A stretch of DNA of 64,000 nucleotides from Desulfuromonadales bacterium (GCA_024636295.1 JAGXHI010000045.1:12637-76636), one strand, 5' to 3'; counted from the stretch's first letter, positions 10,659 to 20,544 are shown. Made by a program: numbers and translations. The notes: generated by a model not told the origin, from the sequence alone.

Positions 10659-11392
10659 ACGCCCCGGGAAAAAAAGGGCGCCGGTCGATGGGAAATATCA
10701 GAGTTCAGCGTGACCTCACGGGCAAATTCCCGGTGAAGGAATTCTTCCAGGGTACGCCGATTTTCCTCAGACATGGAAAGGAACTCCACCCCGACGCCCT
10801 GAAGATAATTGTTCCGGGGATCGGGCGGAACATAATAAAGAATGCTGCCTTCGAGTTCCAGCTCCTTGCCCATCCCCATCAGGGGCAGGATAACCCGCAG
10901 ACGGTCGCCTTTTTTCACGCGGGAGCCGCTTTTGACGAAAAGACCCCGGCTGCTCAGGCTAAGAACCTCGGCGAGCCCTGACGTTTCACCATTGCAGAAC
11001 ATGCCGGGAAGCCTGACTGTCAGCCGAAGGTTTTTACGGGGATATTTCATCAGATGCTTCTGGATTAATTCAAAAAGTCCGAAAAGATCGATCGGAAGTT
11101 CAAGAGTTTCGTGCGGGATGCGAATATGAGAGTATTTCCCGGCATCCCGCAGAACCACAAGGGGCCGCTTCTCGACCCCGACTTTTCGCTCCACCGCATC
11201 TGCTAATCCGGACAAGTTCCTTTCCAGGAGGTCCGTTCCCAGGATAAGCAGGTCCGGAGCGGTCGCTTCAAGAAAAGCAAGTATCTGTTCGTGCCGGGAT
11301 GACGCAACGACACGGTATCCCCAGTTTTTCAGAACAAGTTCGAGCGTCGAAAGAAGATCTTCGCTGCCGGCGCCCACAAGAATCCGTTTCAT
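10655..11392 (-). CDS. Pseudo-receiver plus PilZ domain protein
   Basis: N-terminal receiver-like fold without the acidic pocket; RKNLR and SLSSRG PilZ motifs, GVGVEF; start taken at MKRILV behind a GGAG RBS. Confidence 0.8.
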   Translation of the reverse strand: MKRILVGAGSEDLLSTLELVLKNWGYRVVASSRHEQILAFLEATAPDLLILGTDLLERNLSGLADAVERKVGVEKRPLVVLRDAGKYSHIRIPHETLELPIDLFGLFELIQKHLMKYPRKNLRLTVRLPGMFCNGETSGLAEVLSLSSRGLFVKSGSRVKKGDRLRVILPLMGMGKELELEGSILYYVPPDPRNNYLQGVGVEFLSMSEENRRTLEEFLHREFAREVTLNSDISHRPAPFFSRGV

Positions 11393-11550
11393 GCTGAGTT
11401 CTCCCTTCAGAAATTTCATTTGTTCTCGAACTTAGTAGGAATTTTCTAAATGGGCAAGAAAAAAGAGCAATTAGGATGAATTCATCAGCTTATGCATTCC
11501 ATTACGAAGTCTGATCTACCATAAAACCGCTCAAGAAAAGGAGGTCGAAC

Positions 11551-11937
11551 ATGAAGAGATCTGCTGCGATTTTTGTCTGCCTGGCCCTTGCGGGAATTTT
11601 TTCCACTCCGGTTCTGGCGGTGGAAGTCGAAGAGGCGCTCGTCACCGCCGGAATTGTGGACCGTATGCCTGCCGAAGTTCTGGAGAGCTATCCCGTTACG
11701 GTGGAAAAGCTCTACTGCTTTACGAGAATCACAGGAGCGGTGGGAGAGACCTCCGTCATCCATGTCTGGTATCATGAAGAGGAGGAAATGGCGCGGGTGG
11801 AACTTCCTGTCCGCTCTCCAGACTGGAGAACATGGTCATCCAAAACTATTCTTCCGTCCTGGACCGGGGACTGGAAGGTTGAAATTCTCGATAGTGAAGA
11901 AAATCTTCTCGCGACCGTCCCTTTCAGCCTTTTCTGA
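11551..11937 (+). CDS. Exported DUF2914-domain protein
   Basis: Signal peptide; LYCFT, HVWYH, WRTWSSK, GDWKVE motifs; GGAGG RBS. Confidence 0.8.
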   Translation: MKRSAAIFVCLALAGIFSTPVLAVEVEEALVTAGIVDRMPAEVLESYPVTVEKLYCFTRITGAVGETSVIHVWYHEEEEMARVELPVRSPDWRTWSSKTILPSWTGDWKVEILDSEENLLATVPFSLF

Positions 11938-11950
11938 TGCGGATGGACAG

Positions 11951-12214
11951 ATGAAGCAAATCCTGGCAAATTCGGATATCGCGGAAATCGAGATTTCGGT
12001 CCCATCGGGGCGCCGGCATCTCAGAGCCTGTCTGCGCCTGGCCGGAGGAGGGGAAATCGTTTTGCAGGAGGCTACCGTCGCGGCGCTGGTCCGGGGGTTT
12101 ATCTCCGTAAAGACCCACCCGGTGCGGGAAAGTCTTCGATTGACGGGGAAAAAGATGGAACCGGGAGAAAAAAAGAAGGATTTTGCGGACTGGCAGTTTG
12201 TTGAAGATCAGTAG
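11951..12214 (+). CDS. Conserved hypothetical protein (87 aa)
   Basis: 3' part of ORF 11573..12214 from the ATG at 11951 (MKQILANSDIAEIEISVP..HLR..LQEATVA..VKTHP..WQFVE); followed by a terminator. Confidence 0.7.
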   Translation: MKQILANSDIAEIEISVPSGRRHLRACLRLAGGGEIVLQEATVAALVRGFISVKTHPVRESLRLTGKKMEPGEKKKDFADWQFVEDQ

Positions 12215-12245
12215 TTTACGAGAGGTTCTTCGTCCGGATGTCGAT

Positions 12246-12283
12246 AATCAAAAAAGCGCCCCGTTTGGGACGCTTTTTTGATT
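12246..12283. terminator. Bidirectional intrinsic terminator
   Basis: AATCAAAAAAGCG...CGCTTTTTTGATT inverted repeat between convergent genes. Confidence 0.8.
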
Positions 12284-12299
12284 CAAGACCCGGCAGAGC

Positions 12300-12737
12300 T
12301 TATTTTTTCTTGCGCCCTTTTCCACGAGCTGCACGGGCTTTGGCCAGGTTTTCCCCGAGACCGCGATCCACCGCCATCTGTCGGCGGCTTTCGGAATAGG
12401 ATCGGGCGGCGAGAGGCTGGGTGCGGGGAATATCGAACTGCTTCCGGTATTCCCCCGGTTTCATCCCGTGGGCTGTTTTCAGGTGCCGCGCAAGGGTTTT
12501 CATCTCCTTGCTGCAGATCATGCAGATGACCTTATCCTTCCCGAAAGCTTTTTTTCTGGAAACGGCAGGCTCGGTCTCCTCGGCAGGCAATTCACTCTCT
12601 CTGAATTCACCTTTTTCGATTGCGGCAAGAGCCTTTCCAACCTCGGAAAGTTCCGCAAGAAGTTCTTCTTTGGTCATGGGTGTCGTCGAAGCATGAGCTG
12701 CGACGATTTCGGCAGTCATTTCGAGCAGAGTTGCCAT
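12300..12737 (-). CDS. MucR/Ros family zinc-finger transcriptional regulator
   Basis: LLEMTAEIVAAH, C..C...MKTLARHL...HG....YR..F, PLAA..YSE.R; GGAGG RBS. Confidence 0.92.
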   Translation of the reverse strand: MATLLEMTAEIVAAHASTTPMTKEELLAELSEVGKALAAIEKGEFRESELPAEETEPAVSRKKAFGKDKVICMICSKEMKTLARHLKTAHGMKPGEYRKQFDIPRTQPLAARSYSESRRQMAVDRGLGENLAKARAARGKGRKKK

Positions 12738-13123
12738 TTGTTTTGCCTCCTTATTTAATGGGTGAATAAATGAATGCACAAAGTTGGATTAGTAATACAA
12801 GAAATGATAATAAAATCAAGATAAAAGTAAAATCTTTAAGTAAAGAATGATGTTTTTACGTCACTCGATTTATTCAAGGATCTTTAAAGCCTTCACAGAC
12901 CCTCTTTCTATTTTCAATTCTCTGATTTTTTATGGACAGCATTCATTTACATCCGCCCGAGAAAATTTGTGAAAGGTGCGTGAATTCTGCAGACTTGAAT
13001 TTTTAAGATATTGTAAAAACACTTTTTAGTGAATTTGAAGGAATGCCAGGGGGAAGATGATTTTTTTACAGAATTTTTAAACATACAAAGCTTATAAACC
13101 CTTGAATTTGCCGGTTTATAGTG

Positions 13124-13152
13124 TTGACACTGATAAAGTGGTATGGTAGTTT
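13124..13152 (+). promoter_or_regulatory. Sigma70-like promoter of romR (extended -10)
   Basis: TTGACA, 17 nt spacer, TG-n-TAGTTT. Confidence 0.6.
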
Positions 13153-13234
13153 GATGACGATTTGCGGGGGATTAGTTTTCTCTCCGTCACCGGGAGACCC
13201 GGTTTTTTCCCCTCTGGGAACAAGGAGGCATCGG

Positions 13235-14701
13235 ATGAGCAAGAAGCTGTTGTTGGCCGACGACAGTATTACGATTCAAAAAGTTATAGGCATCACTTTT
13301 GCGCATGAGGACTATGAGCTGATTATCGCGGATAATGGGGATGCCGCGCTGGAAATGGCCAGAAATACTCGGCCCGACCTGGTGCTCGCCGATGTCTATA
13401 TGCCCGGCAAAAACGGCTATGAGCTCTGTGCCGCGATCAAGAAGGATCCAACTCTGAAAAGGGCGCCGGTTCTTCTTCTGAGCGGAACGTTCGAGTCTTT
13501 CGACGAGAAAAAAGCTGAGGCTTCCGGCGCGGACAGCTGGATTTCCAAGCCGTTCGAATCGCAGGCCCTCATTGACCGGGTGGAAGAACTCCTGGCCAAT
13601 GTTCCAGTGGAAATTCCCGAAGATGTCGAAACTGCTCCAGAAGAAACGATCCGATTAGAGCCGGCCGCGATGGAAGCACCAACGGAAGATACGATCTCCC
13701 CCCGGATGGATCTTCCGGATATCGAAGCGGATATGTGGGATGAGCTGGATCTGTCCGAAGAATTGATGGAGCAGGGCTCGGATATCGAGAGGGACTCCGA
13801 TTTCGGGAACATCGAAGATATCGAGGAGGATTGGCCCGAGGAGGAAAGCGAAGAAGAAGGAGATACGGAGCTCTGGGGAGCCGTCTCCTTCAGCGAAGAA
13901 GACCTGGGCGAGGACATTGAATCAGAGGAGGACCTCTTCGAAGAAGATGATTTCTGGGAGAGCGATCAGGATTTGACGCCGGAGCAGAAAGAGGAGCTCG
14001 CCTTTGAAGAGCCGGAGGAGTCATTTGCGGGACTGGGCGAGGATCGTTCGCCTCGGAGCGCGGAAGATCTGACCTTCCAGGCGCCGGAGCCTGATGAGAT
14101 TCCGGATGAAGAGATCCTTCCGCTGGAGGATGTCGATATCCTGGAAGAAGAGAGTCTCGGGGCGGATGACTGGGAGGAGGAATTCGAATTCCAGGACGAG
14201 GAAGATGGATTTTCTGAAGATATTTCCTCCTCCCTTCGTGAAGTGGAAGTTGACTCTGCCGGTGGCGAGGTTTTCTCCTTTGAGAAGTTGAGCGATGAGA
14301 ATAGCGAACTCGAAGCTCCGGAAGAGCAAAAGGGGGGGGATTTCGGGATTTCTGATCCGGAGGAAGAATTTCCAGAACTGGAAGAGGATTTCGACGCCTT
14401 GGAGGTTGACGAAATTGCATCCGAAGGGATTCCCGGAACCGAGAGTGTCGATTTTCTTCCTCGTACGGCCGGGGTCTTCGAATCGGCAAATCAGTCCGCT
14501 TCGGTTTCCGAGCAAGTGGAAAAGCAGGTTCAGTCACTGGATGAAGAGGAAATCACAAGGATCGTGGAAAAAATTGCCGGGGCCGTAATAGAAAAAATGG
14601 CCAATTCCGTGCTCGAGAAAATTGCATGGGAAGTGGTCCCCGATCTGGCTGAGAGCATGATCCGCGATGAAATTCGTAAGATAAAAGAAAAAGCACAGTA
14701 A
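13235..14701 (+). CDS. romR: RomR-like polar response regulator: receiver, long acidic disordered linker, conserved C-terminal helix
   Basis: LLLADDSITIQK receiver, D/E-rich linker, C-terminal LEKIAWEVVPDLAESMIRDEI matching the Myxococcus RomR output end; directly upstream of valS; AGGAGG RBS. Confidence 0.85.
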   Translation: MSKKLLLADDSITIQKVIGITFAHEDYELIIADNGDAALEMARNTRPDLVLADVYMPGKNGYELCAAIKKDPTLKRAPVLLLSGTFESFDEKKAEASGADSWISKPFESQALIDRVEELLANVPVEIPEDVETAPEETIRLEPAAMEAPTEDTISPRMDLPDIEADMWDELDLSEELMEQGSDIERDSDFGNIEDIEEDWPEEESEEEGDTELWGAVSFSEEDLGEDIESEEDLFEEDDFWESDQDLTPEQKEELAFEEPEESFAGLGEDRSPRSAEDLTFQAPEPDEIPDEEILPLEDVDILEEESLGADDWEEEFEFQDEEDGFSEDISSSLREVEVDSAGGEVFSFEKLSDENSELEAPEEQKGGDFGISDPEEEFPELEEDFDALEVDEIASEGIPGTESVDFLPRTAGVFESANQSASVSEQVEKQVQSLDEEEITRIVEKIAGAVIEKMANSVLEKIAWEVVPDLAESMIRDEIRKIKEKAQ

Positions 14702-14727
14702 AAAAAGAGGGACCAGGGCCGTGGGCC

Positions 14728-14778
14728 AAAGGTCCGAGGAAAAAGCCTGAATCGGCTGTTTTATCCTCGGGCCTTTTT
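14728..14778 (+). terminator. Putative terminator hairpin after romR
   Basis: AAAGGTCCGAGGA...TCCTCGGGCCTTT followed by T residues. Confidence 0.55.
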
Positions 14779-14791
14779 GCCATCGTTCATA

Positions 14792-14820
14792 TTGACGGTA
14801 TGATTGGGGATTGCTAAAAT
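14792..14820 (+). promoter_or_regulatory. Sigma70-like promoter of valS (extended -10)
   Basis: TTGACG, 17 nt spacer, TG-c-TAAAAT. Confidence 0.6.
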
Positions 14821-14876
14821 CCCCATTTCTTTTTGCCTTGTCCGAATCGTAATCCCCCTCGAAGGATTAAAAGAAT

Positions 14877-17534
14877 ATGGAAAAACAGCTGCCCAAAGGC
14901 TACGAGCCCCATGATGTCGAGGAGAAATGGTACACCCGGTGGGAGCAGTCCGGTATTTTTCATGCCGACGAGAAATCCCCCTTGCCTCATTATTCCATCG
15001 TCATTCCGCCGCCGAACGTCACCGGCGTGCTGCATATGGGCCATGCCCTGAACAACACCCTCCAGGATATCCTTTGCCGCTGGAAGCGCATGTCCGGTTT
15101 CGAGGTGCTCTGGATGCCGGGCACCGATCACGCCGGAATCGCCACACAGAATGTTGTCGAGAGGCAGTTGACCGAAGAGGGCAGGGACCGCCATGAAATA
15201 GGGCGCGAGAAATTCATTGAACGTGTCTGGAAGTGGCGCGAGGAATCGGGCGGACAGATCATCAATCAGCTGAAAAGGCTCGGAGCCTCCTGCGATTGGG
15301 AGCGCGAGCGCTTCACCATGGACGAGGGTCTTTCCCGGGCGGTGCGCGAGGTTTTTGTGCGCCTCTATGAAGAAGGCCTGATTTACCGGGATAATCGCCT
15401 GATCAACTGGTGCCCCCGGTGCCACACGGCTCTTTCCGATCTTGAGGTCGAGCACGAAGAAAAGAAGGGGCGCCTCTGGCACCTGCGTTATCCCGTGCAG
15501 GGGACCGATCGGTATCTTATCGTCGCTACCACCCGTCCCGAAACCATGCTCGGCGATAGCGCTGTGGCGGTAAACCCGGCAGACGAGCGCTATTCCGACC
15601 TGATCGGCAAAAAAGTGCTGCTCCCGCTGATGGAGCGGGAAATCCCCATCATTGCCGACGGATACGTCGATATGGAGTTCGGTTCGGGTGCGGTGAAAAT
15701 CACCCCGGCACACGATTTCAACGATTTCGAGATCGGCAAACGCCACGGGCTTGAATTCATTAATATTCTGGACGAATCCGGCAACATCAATGAGAACGGC
15801 GGCTCCTACAATGGGCAGGAGCGGTATGAGGCGCGTGCCAATGTCGTGGCCGATCTGGAAAGCCGGGACCTGCTGGAGAAAATCGAGGATTACGCCAATG
15901 CCGTCGGCGAATGCTATCGCTGCAGGACGGTCATTGAGCCGTACATGAGCAAGCAGTGGTATGTGGCGGTAAAGCCGCTTGCAAAAGAAGCCATGGCCGC
16001 CGTCGAAGACGGCCGCACCAGAATCGTTCCTGCACAGTGGGAGAAAACCTATTTCGAGTGGATGGTCAATATTCAGGACTGGTGCATCAGCCGTCAGATC
16101 TGGTGGGGCCATCGCATCCCCGCCTGGTTCTGCGACGATTGCGGAGAGATTACCGTCTCGCGAGAAGATGCCCGCGTCTGCGCCCATTGCGGCGGAACCA
16201 GCATTCATCAGGAGACCGACGTCCTCGACACCTGGTTCTCCAGCGCCCTGTGGCCCTTCTCGACCATGGGATGGCCGGAACAGACCGAGACTCTGGCCAA
16301 ATTCTATCCGACGAGTTGTCTGGTCACAGGCTTCGATATTCTGTTTTTCTGGGTGGCCCGCATGATGATGATGGGCCTCAAATTCATGAAGGAGGTTCCT
16401 TTCGTCGAGGTCTATATTCACGCCCTGGTGCGCGATGCCGAAGGGCAGAAAATGAGTAAAAGCAAGGGCAACGTCATCGACCCGCTCAATATTATCGATG
16501 AGCACGGGGCCGATGCCTTTCGCTTCACTCTGGCTGCCTTTGCTGCCATGGGCCGGGATATCAAGCTCTCCACGGAACGTATTTCAGGATATCGGGCTTT
16601 CGTGAACAAACTATGGAACGCGAGCCGTTTTGCCCTTATGAACCTGGAGGAATTCAATACCTCGGATGTCGAACTTGAAGGAATGGAATTTTCAACTGCC
16701 GACCGGTGGATTCTGACCCGCCTCACCGAGACGGAGCGGGAGGTCAATCGCGCATTGTCGGAGTACAAGTTCAACGACGCCGCCTCCGCCTTGTATGCCT
16801 TTACCTGGCACCAGTTCTGCGACTGGTATATCGAACTGATCAAGAATGACCTGTACGGTGAAGACCCGGGATCGAAAAACAGGGTCCAGAAAGTCCTTTT
16901 CACGGTCCTTGAACGGCTTCTTCGCCTGCTGCACCCCTTCATGCCCTTCGTGACGGAGGAGATCTGGAACTCACTGCCAGGTGAGCGCCCGAAGCGATTC
17001 ATCCTTCAGGCCGATTATCCCGCAGGTGGAAGCATCCCCACCGATACCCAAGGGGCGGATCGCATGGAAGCACTCATGGCGATCATCCGCAGCATTCGGA
17101 ATATTCGCGGCGAAATGGACCTGCCTCCAGGAAAACAGATCACCACGATTCTGGATTGCCGGACCGAGGCGGCCGCGGAAATGGTGCGGGCGGGACGGGA
17201 ATATATTCGAACCCTCGCGCGTGTGGATGAACTGATCGTCGGAGTCGGGGTCGAGCGTCCCGAAAAGTCCGCCACACAGGTGGCCGGAGAGGTGGAGGTG
17301 CTCATCCCCATGGCCGGTCTGATCGATATGGAAGAGGAGGCGCAGCGCCTTCTCAAAGAGATCGGCAAGATAGAAAAGGATGTGACCTTTTTCCGTAAAA
17401 AGCTGTCCAATGAGAAATTCGTCTCAAATGCCCCTCCTCAGGTCATTGAAAAAGATCGGGGGAAAATGGCCGCAGCGAAAGAAAAACTTGAAATTCTGCA
17501 GAACAGCCTGAAAAAAATCCGGGCGATGATGTAA
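14877..17534 (+). CDS. valS: Valine--tRNA ligase
   Basis: PPPNVTGVLHMGHA (HIGH-like), KMSKS, DWCISRQIWWGHRIP, C-terminal coiled coil. Confidence 0.99.
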   Translation: MEKQLPKGYEPHDVEEKWYTRWEQSGIFHADEKSPLPHYSIVIPPPNVTGVLHMGHALNNTLQDILCRWKRMSGFEVLWMPGTDHAGIATQNVVERQLTEEGRDRHEIGREKFIERVWKWREESGGQIINQLKRLGASCDWERERFTMDEGLSRAVREVFVRLYEEGLIYRDNRLINWCPRCHTALSDLEVEHEEKKGRLWHLRYPVQGTDRYLIVATTRPETMLGDSAVAVNPADERYSDLIGKKVLLPLMEREIPIIADGYVDMEFGSGAVKITPAHDFNDFEIGKRHGLEFINILDESGNINENGGSYNGQERYEARANVVADLESRDLLEKIEDYANAVGECYRCRTVIEPYMSKQWYVAVKPLAKEAMAAVEDGRTRIVPAQWEKTYFEWMVNIQDWCISRQIWWGHRIPAWFCDDCGEITVSREDARVCAHCGGTSIHQETDVLDTWFSSALWPFSTMGWPEQTETLAKFYPTSCLVTGFDILFFWVARMMMMGLKFMKEVPFVEVYIHALVRDAEGQKMSKSKGNVIDPLNIIDEHGADAFRFTLAAFAAMGRDIKLSTERISGYRAFVNKLWNASRFALMNLEEFNTSDVELEGMEFSTADRWILTRLTETEREVNRALSEYKFNDAASALYAFTWHQFCDWYIELIKNDLYGEDPGSKNRVQKVLFTVLERLLRLLHPFMPFVTEEIWNSLPGERPKRFILQADYPAGGSIPTDTQGADRMEALMAIIRSIRNIRGEMDLPPGKQITTILDCRTEAAAEMVRAGREYIRTLARVDELIVGVGVERPEKSATQVAGEVEVLIPMAGLIDMEEEAQRLLKEIGKIEKDVTFFRKKLSNEKFVSNAPPQVIEKDRGKMAAAKEKLEILQNSLKKIRAMM

Positions 17535-17591
17535 TCCTGCGTCGGGGCGATAATGCCCTGCCATTTCTCCTCAAAACCACCCCAGGGGATC

Positions 17592-18878
17592 ATGAAACCG
17601 TCGTCCGTTATTCTTTTTCGCGTTTTTCCGCCTTTTGCACTCGGGTTTCTTCTTTCTTATCTCTTTCGCACGGTCAATGCGGTTATCGCTCCGGACCTGA
17701 TGGGCGACATAGGACTGGAGCCGGCACAGCTCGGACTGCTTACCTCCGCTTATTTCCTGTCTTTTGCCGCCTTTCAACTTCCCCTGGGGGTGTTGCTGGA
17801 CCGGTACGATCCCCGCCGGGTTGAGGCGGTGCTTCTGCTCTTTGCCGCCGCAGGAGCTTATGTTTTTTCACAGGCCGATACGATGACCATGCTCGTGGTC
17901 GGCCGGGCGCTTATAGGCTTTGGAGTTTCGGCCTGTCTGATGGCAGCATTTAAGACCTTCACCATATGGCTTCCTCCCGAGAAGCTGCCTCTTGCCAACG
18001 GCGTACAGATGGTATTCGGGGGTCTCGGCGCACTTGCGGCCACCGCTCCGGTGGAGGCGGCACTTTCCTTCACGGACTGGCGTGGCGTTTTCCTGGCCCT
18101 TGCCGTTTCGGCTGTCGTGATCTCCATAATAATACTTTTCGTTGTGCCCCCATCAAAGGAACGTCCTTCCGGAGAAACTTTCCGGCAGCAACTGAAGGGC
18201 ATACGGATGGTTTTCACCAGTCGCATCTTTTGGCAGATCGCTCCCTGGGCCATCGCGGCACAGTCGGCCTATCTTTCCATACAGGGGCTCTGGTCCGGAC
18301 CCTGGCTTCGGGATGTCGCCGGATTCGATCGTGAAGCGACGGCTTATGTCCTGTTGCGAATCGCCGTCGCCATGACCATCGGTTATTTAGTCTTCGGCGC
18401 TCTGGCGGAGAGACTCTCCCGCCGCGGCATAAAACCCTCGACGGTAGCTGCTGTTGGAATGGGCCTGTTCATGACGGTGCAGCTTTTCCTGATCTTTCCC
18501 GGTCTCTTCCCGGCGGCGCCCGTCTGGATGGCCTTCGGATTTTTCGGTACGGCGTGTTCACTTCCCTACGCCGTTCTTTCCCAGAATTTTCCGCGGCATC
18601 TGAGCGGTCGCGCGAATACAGCCCTGAACCTGTCGATGTTCTTCTGCGCATTCATAGCCCAGTGGAGTATCGGAGCCATCATCGGCCTCTGGCCCGGAAC
18701 GGCCGCAGGCGGCTATTCCGTGATTGGCTATCAGACCGCATTCGGGGCGTTCCTGGGGCTGGAACTGATAGGGGCCGGATGGTTCTTCCTGTCCGAAAAT
18801 ATGTCCCGACGGAAGGAAAGCGGAAAACCGGCTGGAGAATGGTGTTCCGCAGCGATCAAGGGAGAAGACCTGAAGTGA
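17592..18878 (+). CDS. Major facilitator superfamily transporter
   Basis: About 12 hydrophobic segments; G.LLDRY.PRR and G.LAERL.RR motif-A-like loops. Confidence 0.9.
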   Translation: MKPSSVILFRVFPPFALGFLLSYLFRTVNAVIAPDLMGDIGLEPAQLGLLTSAYFLSFAAFQLPLGVLLDRYDPRRVEAVLLLFAAAGAYVFSQADTMTMLVVGRALIGFGVSACLMAAFKTFTIWLPPEKLPLANGVQMVFGGLGALAATAPVEAALSFTDWRGVFLALAVSAVVISIIILFVVPPSKERPSGETFRQQLKGIRMVFTSRIFWQIAPWAIAAQSAYLSIQGLWSGPWLRDVAGFDREATAYVLLRIAVAMTIGYLVFGALAERLSRRGIKPSTVAAVGMGLFMTVQLFLIFPGLFPAAPVWMAFGFFGTACSLPYAVLSQNFPRHLSGRANTALNLSMFFCAFIAQWSIGAIIGLWPGTAAGGYSVIGYQTAFGAFLGLELIGAGWFFLSENMSRRKESGKPAGEWCSAAIKGEDLK

Positions 18879-18964
18879 GGAAACAAACTCCAGCTGATGG
18901 CCCCTCGCACCGCAGCGGACAGCAGTGATAGAAGTTCAGGAAAATTTCTCGAGGAAAGTTAGAT

Positions 18965-19387
18965 ATGCCCGAATCTATTTTTCAGATTGATCTTCAGGTC
19001 CGCGATTATGAATGCGACATGGAGGGGATCGTCAACAATGCCGTCTATCAGAACTACCTGGAGCATGCACGGCATGAATTTCTGAAGAACATGGGGCTCG
19101 ATTTCGCCCGCCTCACCCGAGGAGGTATCAATCTGGTGGTGATAAGGGCCGAGCTCGATTACCGTTTCTCCCTGAGGAGCGGGGACCGATTCCGCGTCAG
19201 CCTTCATCTGAAGCGCCTTTCCCCTCTTCGTTTCGTTTTCGTCCAGGAAATCGAACGACTTCCGGACAACAAACGAATCATGGAGGCCAGAATCATTGGA
19301 ACCTCTCTGAATGCCAATGGACGTCCCTTTCTGCCCAAAGAAATCGAAGCGCTTCTTTCACCCGCCCGTCCGGTCACATCAAAATAA
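18965..19387 (+). CDS. Acyl-CoA thioesterase (4HBT/YbgC hot-dog family)
   Basis: VRDYECDMEGIVNNAVYQNYLEHAR motif. Confidence 0.9.
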   Translation: MPESIFQIDLQVRDYECDMEGIVNNAVYQNYLEHARHEFLKNMGLDFARLTRGGINLVVIRAELDYRFSLRSGDRFRVSLHLKRLSPLRFVFVQEIERLPDNKRIMEARIIGTSLNANGRPFLPKEIEALLSPARPVTSK

Positions 19388-19412
19388 AGAAGCCGGGAAA
19401 AACATCCCGGCT
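19384..19412 (-). terminator. Terminator for the minus-strand peptidoglycan-binding gene
   Basis: AGCCGGGA...TCCCGGCT hairpin followed on the minus strand by TCTTTATTTT. Confidence 0.6.
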
Positions 19413-19447
19413 CCGTTAAATCCTTCATCCGATAACAACGCTTCGGA

Positions 19448-20308
19448 TCAGTATTTACGTTCTGGTGTTTGTTGCTGCCGCTCCTGTTGTTGATTCATCT
19501 GATTCTGATGTGGTTGATCCTTCTTCATCTGTTTCTGTTGCTCGTCCTGCCGGCGTTGTCTCTGTTCTTCCTGGAACTTAGGCGAAATGCCGAAGAATTC
19601 TTCTGAATCGAGTCCCAGAGACTCGAGAGTCTCTCGATTGATCTGGCCTGTAGCCACAATCCCTTGTGATTGCTGAAATTCGCGAAGCGCCTGCTCCGTC
19701 TTCGGTCCGTAGAGGCCGTCAACCGGTCCCACTTCATGGCCGTGCTCACTAAGTTTTTTCTGAAGTTCCTTGACGTCTTCCGAGCGTAACTTGCCCTGGC
19801 CTCTTTTCACAACCTGCTCGTCGCCACCTCCGAATTGCACCCGGTCCCTGCCGATCTGCTGCGGATCCTTCTGCTGATCCCTGCCGAGTTGCTGCTGGTC
19901 TTTGCCGAATGCGGGAGATACGCCTAAAAACTCCTGCTCCTTGATTTCCACATCCAGGGCCTGAAGGGTCTGGCGGTTTATGTTTCCGGATGCCGCAATT
20001 GCTTCATCCAGCTGGAATTCGCGAAGGGCTTCACTGGTCCTGGGACCTATGATTCCGTCCACCGAACCCACATCGTATCCCCTGTCTTTCAGGGTCTCCT
20101 GAATCTCTCTAACCTGACTGTTGGAAAGTTGCCCGGATGCAATCTGCTGTGATCCCTGCTGCTGGGAACCTGCGCCAATTTGGCGTTCCTGCCCCAATTG
20201 AGCGCTTCCGCTCTGTTTGGTTGCCTCATCCCCGCGGCTCAATGCCTGACCGGCGAAGAAAAGGCTCCCAGAAAAAGCCAGAAGGGTAATCGAAACCAGA
20301 TATCTCAT
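19448..20308 (-). CDS. Exported Gln-rich protein with two peptidoglycan-binding (PG_binding_1) domains
   Basis: Signal peptide; two repeats of V.E.Q..L...G..VG.VDG..GP.T..ALREFQ; AGGAGAG RBS before MRYLV. Confidence 0.88.
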   Translation of the reverse strand: MRYLVSITLLAFSGSLFFAGQALSRGDEATKQSGSAQLGQERQIGAGSQQQGSQQIASGQLSNSQVREIQETLKDRGYDVGSVDGIIGPRTSEALREFQLDEAIAASGNINRQTLQALDVEIKEQEFLGVSPAFGKDQQQLGRDQQKDPQQIGRDRVQFGGGDEQVVKRGQGKLRSEDVKELQKKLSEHGHEVGPVDGLYGPKTEQALREFQQSQGIVATGQINRETLESLGLDSEEFFGISPKFQEEQRQRRQDEQQKQMKKDQPHQNQMNQQQERQQQTPERKY

Positions 20309-20544
20309 CTTGCTCTCCTTTTTTCGTATGGAATTTTTAGTCATTTTCCTTCCGTCAACGCTACGGTTGCGAAACCAATCGACAGACAGTTTGGCGATGA
20401 CCCATGGTTCTTTTCTATCACTCATCAAATGATTGTCAAGAAATAAAAAGAACTATAAAACAAGTATTTAAGGGTTGATAAATGAATATTTCATGATATC
20501 TGCCAAGGTGCAAAATTGCTGTACAGAATAAACCCCAGGCACAG

